From contig NIVC01001047.1 in NCBI GenBank assembly GCA_002269645.1, positions 1 to 43,342 of the forward strand: DNA of 43,342 bases, in the 5' to 3' direction. Position 1 is the stretch's first letter. Every line of letters begins with the position of its first letter. Below, in pieces: positions 25,701 through 38,500 of the stretch. Source of the DNA: Macrostomum lignano (Eukaryota). The translations under genes were made by a program, and so were the position numbers. The notes under the pieces are model-generated. The model ran no database searches and was not told the DNA's origin. It saw nothing but the letters and a program-made list of their open reading frames with translations.

Positions 25701-28700
25701 GTGGAAAGGGTCATTAGGTGTTGCAGGGGTCATTAGGTGTGGAAAGGGTCATTAGGTGTTGCAGGGGTCATTAGGTATGGAAAGGGTCATTAGGTGTTGC
25801 AGGGGTCATTAGGTATGAAAAGGGTCATTAGGTGTTGCAGGGGTCATTAGGTGTGGAAAGGGTCATTAGGTGTTGCAGGGGTCATTAGGTGTGGAAAGGG
25901 TCATTAGGTGTTGCAGGGGTCATTAGGTGTGGAAAGGGTCATTAGGTGTTGCAGGGGTCATTAGGTGTGGAAAGGGTCATTAGGTGTTGCAGGGGTCATT
26001 AGGTGTGGAAAGGGTCATTAGGTGTGGAAAGGGTCATTAGGTGTTGCAGGGGTCATTAGGTGTGGAAAGGGTCATTAGGTGTTGCAGGGGTCATTAGGTA
26101 TGGAAAGGGTCATTAGGTGTTGCAGGGGTCATTAGGTATGAAAAGGGTCATTAGGTGTTGCAGGGGTCATTAGGTGTGGAAAGGGTCATTAGGTGTTGCA
26201 GGGGTCATTAGGTGTGGCAGGGGTCATTAGATTTTTCAGGGGTCATTAGGAGTGGCAGGGGTCATTAAGTACGGCAGGCAGGGGTCATTAGACATTGCAG
26301 GGGTCATTAAGTACGGCAGGCAGGGGTCTTTGGACATTGCAGGGGTCATTAGGTGTGGCAGAGGTCATTAAGTACGGTGTAGAGATCTCCAATACGATAC
26401 AAAGTAAACTACTGTAAGTAGTAACATAAAATGCGGAAAACTTGAATGTTATAAAAATTGCAAATTGGCATACTTTATTTTAAGACTGTTTAATATTTTA
26501 AGAAATAAGAAATTATTTTAAATAAAATAAGAAAATAAGAAAATATTTTAAGAAATATTTTAAGACCGTACGACGAAGCATGAGACAAGTTGCAACTATG
26601 GTGAAATATGTTGCAACTATGGTGGAATAAGTTGAAATCTGATGAAATATGAGTTGCGCTACTAAGTATATGCCAAAAATTCGACTATAAATATAAGCGT
26701 AAAATCCGAGCTGAAACCTCAGACTCGGAGCAGCCTCAAAAGATCTTGTGGTTAGTTAGAGCAACTAATCGAGGCTATATCTCTGGGAGAGAAGCGTATC
26801 AATTGAGAAGCGTTGTTCAAGTCTTCGTTATTTTGATTAATTGAGAGCGATTTTATTGCCGACCGGCCGTTGCTGATCCGTTGACTTCACTGAGCCTATT
26901 TGAGGCCTCCCATTTTCCTAAGGGATTGGATAGGATCTGCGGACCGATTTCGATACCCTTAGAGGATTATTGACTGTTGATTTGGATTATCCTAGATTAA
27001 CCGATAGGAGAACACGACTCCGATTCCGTTAGATCTAGAAGAAGACGCCCCCTTTTGGAGGACCTCGCGTTAGAATTTGAGTTTATTAGGGCGCACTGTT
27101 GATACTGATTTGGCACTCGAGAAGCGTACTGAATCCCGCACTCAAGGAGATATTTCGACGTCGACTTCACTGTTCTGCTCTCACTCTCGGCCGACTTTGG
27201 ACTTCGAAGACTTCAAGAAGATTCCTCCGAAGAAGAAGATTGGAAGAAGCGAACTCTACAAACGCGCGCAACAAAGAAGAAACAAGGAACGAGCTCGGAG
27301 AACCTGCCCGACACAGAAGAAGAGCCCGCCACAGTAAGTGAACACGTTAAATTTGTTCCCAGGCTTAAGTGTCTGGAAGTGGGAGTTTTCGGGAGACTGA
27401 TCACCTCCCGAATCAACTCTTCAACGGCAGGCAGGGGTCATTAGATATTGCAGGGGTCATTAGGTGTGGCAGAGGGTCATTAGGTGTGGCAGGGGTCATT
27501 AGGTGTGGCAGATGTCATTAAGTACGGCAGGCAGGGGTCATTAGGTGTGGCAGAGGGTCATTAGGTGTGGCAGGGGTCATTAGGCGTGGCAGAGGGTCAT
27601 TAGGTGTGGCAGAGGGTCATTAAGTACGGCAGGCAGGGGTCATTAGGTGTGGCAGAGGGTCATTAGGTGTGGCAGGGGTCATTAGGCGTGGCAGAGGGTC
27701 ATTAGGTGTGGCAGAGGGTCATTAGGTGTGGCAGGGGTCATTAGGCGTGGCAGAGGGTCATTAGGTGTGGCAGGGGTCATTAGGCGTGGCAGGGTTCATT
27801 TAGTGCGACATTGGGACCCTGAAAGAGACACCAAAAACAAAGAATAGATTGCAGAGCGCTGTCCAAGCACCGATATGTATCGAAAAGAACAATACAGAAC
27901 CCAATCGGCACACCTGACAGCAGTGGTCCAAAATTTGCCGTTTCTCATCAGCCGTCGAGTCGGCCAGGAGTCCGCAGTCGCGCAGAGCTCGAACTCCTCG
28001 AGCGAGACGAACGGCGCCGGCCACGGACGGCGGGTCGCTGGCCAGGCCGCTCTGGGGCAGCAGGCCCTGGACTGTCACGGACTGACCGGCCAGTTCGAGT
28101 TCGGCAGCAATTGCTGACACAATCGAGGATCGATAAGGCGAACCAGCTGTGGCGAGATTTCTGAGTTTTGACAAAATGAGTTGGGTTTCACAACGTTGAG
28201 ACGTCACAAGATTGTACTTGTACTATTCTAACGTTTCAAATCAACAAACAGAATTTCCCGTTAAAACCCACCTAGCAACGCCTTAGCCAGCCGTTTAATA
28301 GCCCATCTTTGCAAATCCATTTCAACCACATTAGCAAAACAACTAAAACTCAGGCCCTAGCAACGGACCTAGCAACCTCCTAGAAACTAACATAGCAAAC
28401 CTCTTAGCAACCTTAGTAACCACCCTAGCAACCCTCTTAAAAACCACCCTCGCAACCCTCTAAGTAACCACTCTAGCAACTATCTTAGTAACCACCCTAG
28501 CAACCCTCTAAGTAACTAACCACTCTAGCAACCGTCCTAGTAACCACCCTAGCAACTATCTTAGTAACCACCCTAGCAACCCTCTTAGTAACCACCTAAG
28601 CAACCCTCTTAGTAACCACCCTAGCAACCCTCTTAGTAACCACCCTAGCAACCCTCTTAGTAACCACCCAAGCAACCCTCTTAGTAACCACCCAAGCAAC

Positions 28701-31700
28701 CCTCTTAGTAACCACCCTAGCAACCCACCTAGCAACCGCATGCCACGCGGTGCTCATGCAGTCGAGCAGCTTGGCCATCAGACAGGGATCCTGAGCATCG
28801 AAGCCGAGCAGCTGAGGCCTCAGAGTGGCCCGAGCCAAAGCAGTCCAGAGTCCATTAGAATCCTCTTTGCCTTGAAGCAGATCTTTCAAACAATCCGGCT
28901 GCTTCCCAGCCAGCAGCTGCAGCAGGGCCGCAGTTCGAACAATTAGCTGGCATCGGATAGTAACTGCCGAGGCTCGAATTTCGCTAATCGAATTTGAGTA
29001 AGCCGATGAAGCGGAGACGCTGGCAGACAGAGCCAGCCGTCCCGGATCCAGGCTAGGGTCTGTTTCGTTGAAAAAATCCGACAGCCTTTGGCAGAGCCGG
29101 CTCCCGCCGCCACAGCCTAGCAACTGCTGCGGGTCTAGCAATCCCCGGCCCACAGACCACAGGTGGCACTCCAGGCAGGCCAGCAGAGCGCGCAGGGGGC
29201 TGAGGGGATGCTGCTGCTGATTCTGATGAGGCTGGAATCTGGATTTGCAAAGAAATGGAAATATAGTTTCATATTTCTATATAAAATATAGAAAGTATGA
29301 AAATAACTGCATCCCATCTCAGTGTATCTTTATCTCCCTATATCTCTATCTCCCCAAGTCTCATCTCCCTACATCTTATCTCCCTCCATCTCATCTCCCT
29401 ACATCTTATCCCCCTAAATCTTATCTCCCTACATCTACGCAACTTTCAGCCACCTTAAACACCTGTATCTATAACTAACCTGACCTGCATTCCATTTTTA
29501 AAACCTCAAAAATCCAATGCTAAAACATGAATAAACAATAGACATCCAGAACCCACCGTTCCCATCTATCGTAGAAATAATTCGCTTTAAACTGTTTCAA
29601 CAGCGCCTGAAAAAACTGCCTCGGCGAGGCTGCAGTCTGCTGCCGTTTCTCCGGCGACGACGTCAATAGGCAGCGGGCGAGGCCGCCGCGAACCCGACTG
29701 CGACGATCTGTCGGCGAGCCGTAGTTCACCAGCAGTCGCATTGCGGCGGCTCGGCAAGCAGATTCGGGTTGGCCGCACTGGCCCACCAGCCAGCGCACCG
29801 CCACCTCCAAGGTCGCGCTGGTCCACTTTGAGCCTAGCGGCGTGCGACGGCCCTGAGACTCCACCTGGGGAGGGGGAACGAGTAGCGGGGGAAACTGAGT
29901 GCGATTTCTAAGAAAAGCAACTAACGATTTCTAAGAAACCAACTGACGATTTTTAAGAAACCAAAGATAATTTCTGAGAAAGAACAGGTGATATTTAATA
30001 ATAGGTGATTTCTAAGAAACCAACTGACGATTTCTAAGAAGAAACCAACTGACGATTTCTAAGAAATCAACTGACGATTTCTAAAAACCATAGATAATTT
30101 CTGAGAAAGAACAGGTGATATTTAATAATAGGTGTTTCTAAGAAACCAACTGACGATTTCTAAGAAGAAACCAACTGACGATTTCTAAGAAATCAACTGA
30201 CGATTTCTAAAAACCATAGATAATTTCTGAGAAAGAACAGGTGATATTTAATAATAGGTGTTTCTAAGAAACCAACTGACGATTTCTAAGAAGAAACCAA
30301 CTGACGATTTCTAAGAAATCAACTGACGATTTCTAAAAACCATAGATAATTTCTGAGAAAGAACAGGTGATATTTAATAATAGGTGATTTCTAAGAAACC
30401 AACTGACGATTTCTAAGAAGAAACCAACTGACGATTTCTAAGAAATCAACTGACGATTTCTAAAAACCATAGATAATTTCTGAGAAATAACAGGTGATAT
30501 TTAATAATAGGCGATTTCTAAGAAACCCCAGTGACGATTTCTAAAAAACAAAAACTATTTAGAAAATTATAGATGATTTCTAAGAAAACATGGATGATTT
30601 CTTAGAGACAGTAAACGATTTCTAAGAAACCTGATAGATTTCCAAAGATCACAGTAGGATTTTAAGAAACACGACGAACAATTCCTGTGTAACCCGACAG
30701 ACGATTTCTAAGAAACCGGAGAGATAATGTCTAAGGAAACCGAAGGACGATTTCAAGCAATAAAATTGACCTCAAATTAATACTTTTCAAAAAAGCCACA
30801 GCGAAAATTCTACTGTTTTTAGAATCAAGGCTGGTTTTCTTAAAATCGTCACTTCTATTTCTTAAAATCATGATTCCGATTTCGTAGAATCGGGATTTTG
30901 ATTTCTGAGAATCGTAGCTCGTATTTCTTTGAATCGTGAGTCGCATTTCTTACAATCGTGACTTGGATTTCTTAGAATAGTGGACCTTGCTTTCTTAGAA
31001 TTGTAACTCAAATTTTATAGAATCGTGATTTGGAGTTCTTAGAATTGTGACTTGGATTTCTTAGAATCATAATTCCGATTTCTTACAATCGTGACTTGGA
31101 TTTCTTAGAATCGTTATTATGATTTCTTAGAATCGTGGCTTGCTTTCTTAGAATTTTAAGTCGAATTTCTTAGATTGTGACTTGGATTTCTTAGAATCAT
31201 GGCTCTTAATTCTTAGAATCGTGATTCCGATTTCTTAAATCTTGACTTGGATTTCTTAGAATCATGGCTCTTAATTCTTAGAATCGTGATTCCGATTTCT
31301 TAAATCTTGACTTGGATTTCTTAGAATCATGGCTCTTAATTCTTAGAATCGTGATTCCGATTTCTTAAATCTTGACTTGGATTTCTTAGAATCATGGCTC
31401 TTAATTCTTAGAATCGTGATTCCGATTTCTTATATCTTGACTTGGATTTCTTAGAATCATGGCTCTTAATTCTTAGAATCGTGATTCCGATTCCTTTGAA
31501 TCCTGACTCGTAATATGAATTTCAAAGAGCCAGGAACCGCATTAGTTTTATTTCTTCAAAAATCTCTATTGAGGTTGATTAAACCAACCTTCAGCGTAGC
31601 GGCCCGCTCAACCATGATCCGTTCCAAATGATCCAATGCCAGGTTGCACTGCTCCACAGTTCCCAAGCTGGCATCGTCTGCATCGGCCAGTTGAATGCTG

Positions 31701-34700
31701 CGCATGAAGCAGTGCAGCAATTCGAAAGCAAACGCATTGACCAGACTGTCCTCTTCGCGGAACTGAGCGTACACGGCGTTGAAGGCCAGAGCTGCGCCCA
31801 GACGTTTAGACGAAGCCGGATGCAGAGCCAGCAGGCAGACTCGCTTCACTATGGATTTCACGTTTCGGCTGTAGAAGCTGGCGGTTGAATCTGCGCCAGA
31901 CGACGGCATCTGCTGCCGAACTGACCAGGTGAGAAATTCCCGCAAGCTTTGCGCCGCTAAATCTCGAACCGAAGCGTCGCCGCTCGATGCCGTTAATCTG
32001 TCGAATAGCGAGTCTAGTAATAGGGCCGTGTAGGGTCCTGGAGAATGGGGGGGGGGGCGGTTTTGGTTGGAAACAGTTGCAAAAAACACAACCGGTTTTA
32101 TTATATTAATTTAAAGATTTCCACCGGCAAACTCCGACCTGTGGAGCCTCTCTGTCCTGCCCTCGATTCCTTTGAAACTTCACAATAACAATTTGGCAAG
32201 CTTCATGACTTATTTGTCTTCTCAGCTCTCTTCTCTTTTCTCTCCCTTTCTTTCATTTCCTTGCCTTGGCTTTCTCCCATTTCTCTTATCTCTTCTTTAT
32301 TCCCTCTCCTCTGTCCCCTCCTCTGGCCTACAGTCATGCGCTAGGTTCTCTGACTGGCTTGAGGCACCTTATGGTAAAAAAGTATGTGAGTAGTGAGTAC
32401 TCTGAGTACTGTGAGTAGTCTGAGTAGATCTTGAGCAGTCTGCGAGAAACTAGATGGATCTGTGGGTATCTAGAGGGGTCCGTGTGTATCTTGTGTATTC
32501 TGTGAATATCTAGAGGGAGGGATCTGTGGACATCTTGAGCAGTCTGTGAGTATCTAGAGGGATCCGTGGACATCTTAAGCAGTCTATACGTATCTAGAGG
32601 GATCTGTGGACATCTTGAGCAGTCTGTGAGTATCTAGAGGGATCTGTGGACATCTTGTGCAGTCTGTGAGTATCTAGAGGGATCCGTGGACATCTTGAGC
32701 AGTCTATGCGTATCTAGAGGGATCTGTGGACATCTTGAGCAGTCTGTGAGTATCTAGAGGGATCTGTGGACATCTTGTGCAGTCTGTGAGTATCTAGAGG
32801 AATCTGTGGACATCTTGAGCAGTCTGTGAGTATCTAGATAGGTCCATGAGTATTTAAAAGCCATCTTCAGTCTCACCTTCAAACTCCCGACTCCTGCTAA
32901 ACCAATGCACAAGCTGCATGAGCAGTGGTTGAAACAGCTGTTTCACTACAGGATCTTCATCTGCCGCCAACGGCAGCAGGGCTGGCAGCAACCGGCGCCA
33001 CAGAGTCAGCAGTTGCTCCCGATCGTTGCCGGATGTTGAAGCGAATGCGCATCTAAAAAAATTGTGAACAATTACTTACAAAAGTTATTACAATACATAG
33101 CCGCAAAACTGCCGTTTTAAAATATGATTCTTAAAACAAAATTTATTAATACCGATAAAAATAATAGCAACTGCTCATTTTTTCGAGCTAAAGAAAACCT
33201 TATTAGAAAAAGGATTATAGATTAGATCACAAACCTACCCACAGACAAATCATTTCTAGTATATGGGACTAGCAATCTGCGCCCCCGTTGGGGAGACAAC
33301 ACATACCTACCTGAATTCCTAACTAGATAGATAAAGACAAATCATTTTAGTAAAGTGGACCAGCAATCTGCGCCCCCCATTGGGGAGACAACACATACCT
33401 ACCTGAATTCCTAACTAGATAGATGGAGACAAATCATTTTAGTATAGTGGACTAGCAATCTGCGCCCCCCCATCGGGGGCAACGAAAACAGGAATATAAT
33501 ATTTTAATAAAAATGTACGTTTTGAGCTTTTACAATGATATTTATAAAGACAAAAAAGCATCAGCTCTGAGAGCCAGCTATCTTGCCTAAGATATCAGCA
33601 TCCCCTGTGGGCTTCGGCCTTAAAGCCTCCGTTTAAGCCGTAGCTTAACCCTAACTTTCCCTTTGATCTACCTTTGGCTTGTCCTATCGACAAGTTCCAG
33701 TTGACCCTTGGCATCTCAACAATTCTTCTTTGATTCTTCTTTGAGTCCTTTATGGTTGAACCCTAACCCTGACCCTGCCGAGAGTCACAGCATTTCAACC
33801 TTTCCTCGGTCGAAACCGCAGCAACCCTTTCGGTCTTATTAAGGCGGGACTATGTATTAAGGAGGAACACATAGTAAAAGACACTCATGGCTCTCATGGG
33901 TGTGAACCGCACGACAACCCCTCTCGGACAAAGGAATGTGGCCACGCACAGACAGAATCGAACCTCACCTGCCAGTCATCAGCAGCACAATCGAGTGCAA
34001 GCATTCGGCAGCTGCAACTTTACTCTGTCTACTACTCGATTCGGTTGCCAAGGCGACGCATCTGCTTAGCAACGGATCTAAATAGAGTCGAGGCTTGCTA
34101 TCGGCGAATGGCAGATCAAAGTACAGCAACCGGCCGCCGGGACTCCAGGCTGCCAGATCGGCCGTGGCCGCTTTGTCCGAGGCGATTTCGGCCAGCTGGT
34201 ATTTGAAGCTGGACTGAGCCGAGCCTAGGAATAACAAAACTCGCTTCTGCATTTCGGCCAGTCCGAGTTCGGCGCCGCCGCCTGCTGCGTAGTTTTTGGC
34301 GCGAGCTCGGCGCGCCTCGATTGATCGGAGGGCGCGTGCCACCTGAGTGCGGATTGATAGGGAGGGGGGCTTGTTACATGGGGAATTAGAAATTAAGAGT
34401 TAGATGGAGGAATTAGACGGGGAATTGAGATCGGAAAATAGATGGAAAGTTAGATAGAGAAATAGATAGGGAATTAGGTAGGGAATTATATAGAGTTAGA
34501 TGGGGAATTATATAGAGAATTGGACATAGAGTTACATGGGGAATTAGATAAGAAATTAAATTTCGACAGACGGAATGACCTAAAGACAGAGACAAAACCC
34601 GACAATACCAGCAGCACCAGCACCCCACAGCTCACCGACTGTCTGGCCAGGCTTCTCCGATCGGCGCCACCACGTTGCGCCTCGGCCTCAGCGTCAGTCA

Positions 34701-35020
34701 GCCCGGCGCCGCTGCCGCCATCCGACAGCAGCACCGCCAACAGCCCCGCCAGCACGGGCGCCACCCGGTCTGACAGGCCAGCAGACGAGGCCGCCGCAGT
34801 CCACCGGTCCAGAGCGGCCAGAGCCGCCTCCAGCAGCGGCGGCCAGAACCGGCCGAGTCGGAGGCCTCGACGCACCGCGGCCAGCGCATCGTCCGGACGG
34901 TCGACGGCGAGCAGGCTGGCCGGCAGAGACAGCAGGAAGCGGAGGCTGGCAGCCAGGAGGTCGCCGCGTAGCTGCCCGCATCTGAGGAGAGGGGTTGGTG
35001 AGTGAAGACTAAGTCAACTA

Positions 35021-35083
<63 letters not shown>

Positions 35084-35108
35084 AAGACAGACAGACAGAC
35101 AGACAGTC

Positions 35109-35191
<83 letters not shown>

Positions 35192-35256
35192 AAGACAGAC
35201 AGACAGACAGACAGAAAGACAGACAGACAGACAGACAGACAGACACACAGACAGTC

Positions 35257-35309
<53 letters not shown>

Positions 35310-35310
35310 C

Positions 35311-35365
<55 letters not shown>

Positions 35366-35388
35366 CAGGCAGACAGGCAGACAGACAA

Positions 35389-35451
<63 letters not shown>

Positions 35452-35456
35452 CAGGC

Positions 35457-35513
<57 letters not shown>

Positions 35514-38500
35514 CAGGCAGACAGGCAGACAGACAGGCAGACAGATTCACCTGGCGGACAGGCTGGCAGCAAAGGAGCCCAGCATAGCGCAGCACTGTGT
35601 CCGATTCTCCATGGCAACCACCGATTGCCCTTCTTCGTCATTGTCTGTTTGCGAGTCCTGATTGTCCGATTCCATCGTGTCCGTGTCCGCGATCTCCATA
35701 GCAACTGGGACCGGCTGATCGTTAAAATAGCCGGCGTCCCGAGCTCGAGTCACAAAAGTGGCCAGCAATTTGTAAAAGCCACTAATAAGAGGATTTCTAA
35801 AAAGAAAATGTTTGCGCATTTCTACTGTTAGTAGAGTACTGAAAATCAAATAAAATTAATGTAGAAATTTGCATTTAATTACTCAGCAGATTTCTCAATA
35901 AGCGCCTGGCACAGTGGATAAAACCATTTGGCAATGGGTCCGAGTCTGTGATGCTGCAGCAGCTCTCTGGAAACAAAATCAAAGTAAAATTTACGATTGA
36001 TTTAACTTACTACTAATAGTAGGCACTGAAACTATTTAAATGGGGAACTTGAAAACTGAAAGCGAGGGGTTAACGTATGGAGAAAAACAAGATGGAATCT
36101 TGTATCGGAATTAATAAACCGGAAGTAGTGGATCAAGTGTAAAAAGGATCTGATGATAATTCTGGGAGATTAAATAAACCGGAAGTAGTGGATCAGGTGT
36201 AAAAAGGATCTGATGATAATTCTGGGAGATTTAATAAACCGGAAGTAGTGGATCAGGTGTAAAAAGGATCTGAGGATAATTCTGGGAGATTAAGTAAACC
36301 GGAAGTAGTGGATCAGGTGTAAAAATGATCTGATGATAATTCTGGGAGATTTAATAAACCGGAAGTAGTGGATCAGGTGTAAAAAGGATCTGAGGATAAT
36401 TATGCGAAATTTAATAAACCGGAAGTAGTGGATCAGGTGTAAAAGGGATCTGAGGATCATCGTGAGAGAGATTTAATAAACCGGAAGTAGGGGATCAGGT
36501 GTAAAAGGGATCTGAGGATCATCGTGAGAGAGATTTAATAAACCGGAAGTAGGGGATCAGGTGTAAAAGGGATCTGAGGATCATCGTGAGAGAGATTTAA
36601 TAAACCGGAAGTAGGGGATCAGGTGTAAAAGGGATCTGAGGATCATCGTGAGAGAGATTTAATAAACCGGAAGTAGGGGATCAGGTGTAAAAGGGATCTG
36701 AGGATCATCGTGAGAGAGATTTAATAAACCGGAAGTAGGGGATCAGGTGTAAAAGGGATCTGAGGATCATCGTGAGAGAGATTTAATAAACCGGAAGTAG
36801 GGGATCAGGTGTAAAAGGGATCTGAGGATCATCGTGAGAGAGATTTAATAAACCGGAAGTAGGGGATCAGGTGTAAAAGGGATCTGAGGATCATCGTGAG
36901 AGAGATTTAATAAACCGGAAGTAGGGGATCAGGTGTAAAAAGGATCTGAGGATCATCGTGAGAGAGATTTAATATACCGGAAGTAGGGGATCAGGTGTAA
37001 AAGGTATCTGAGGATCATCGTGAGAGAGATTTAATATACCGGAAGTAGGGGATCAGGTGTAAAATGGATCTGAGGATCATCGTGAGAGAGATTTAATAAA
37101 CCAGAAGTAGTGGATCAGGTGTAAAAGGGATCTGAGGATCATCGTGAGAGAGATTTAATAAACCGGAAGTAGGGGATCAGGTGTAAAAGGGATCTGAGGA
37201 TCATCGTGAGAGAGATTTAATAAACCGGAAGTAGGGGATCAGATATACAGTTACCCTGAATAAGATCAAATATAACGGATTAACAGGTGATAACACTAAC
37301 TCAACAAAGTCGACCAGATTAACAAAGATCACAATATCCTTAGGCGTGCTAGCAACCATGCCCTGCAAAGTGTCAGTCATTGGGGCTGCAGTATCTTCAT
37401 CTGTAGAAGCCGATGATGAAGAGGCCTCAGACGCAGCCGTCACAGGCGGCTCCAGGTCCGACAGGCGACAAGCGGACAGATCCAGTCGTTCGATAATCGC
37501 CAGCACAGATGACAGGAAAGCGTCGAAAATTCCGCCGGAAATGGAGCGCGCCTCTGCGGCCGACATGCCGACGTAATCGCACAGCTTCTGTTGGGATCAA
37601 ATTGGCGCAGGATTGATTAGGGAGTAGGGATCAGGTAGTGGGATTGATTAGGGAGTGGGGATCAGATATTGGGATTGATTAGGAGTGGGGATCTGATATT
37701 GGGATTGATTAGGGAGTGGGGATCTGATATTGGGACTGATTAGGAGTGGGGATCTGATATTGGGATTGATTAGGAGTGGGGATCTGATATTGGGATTGAT
37801 TAGGAGTGGGGATCAGATATTGGGATTAATTAGGAGTGGGGATCAGATATTGGGATTGATTAGGAGTGGGGATCAGATATTGGGATTGATTAGGGAGTGG
37901 GGATCAGATATTGGGATTGATTAGGGAGTGGGGATCAGATATAGGGATTGATTAGGGAGTGGGGATCAGATATAGGGATTGATTAGGGAGTGGGGATCAG
38001 ATATTGGGATTGATTAGGGAGTGGGGATCAGATATTGGGATTGATTAGGGAGTGGGGATCAGATATAGGGATTGATTAGGGAGTGGGGATCAGATATAGG
38101 GATTGATTAGGGAGTGGGGATCAGATATTGGGACTGATTAGGGAGTGGGGATCAGATATTGGGATTGATTAGGGAGTGGGGATCAGATATAGGGATTGAT
38201 TAGGGAGTGGGGATCAGATATTGGGACTGATTAGGGAGTGGGGATCAGATATTGGGATTGATTAGGGAGTGGGGATCAGGTTGGGGACGACTCTATGACG
38301 ACAAGACTTCACGGTACAAGTGGCCAAATGGTCGTCAGATAGTCGCCTACGAAGCAATTTGAGGCGTTTTGTTGTCAGTGACTCTGGGGCCGAAGAGTCC
38401 CATCTGAGACCCATCAGAGTCGCTAGAGTCACTAGTGAGCTGTTTGCAATGACTCTTTAGCAATTCTTGCCCACAGTAACGTTTTCACCGGGAATTACAT

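Noticed and set aside
37201-37300. Exon 9 extending to the GTAACT donor at 37254, as the ORF track suggests
   Set aside because: It gives phase 0 and a stop in the next exon; the phase-2 donor at 37300 restores homology.
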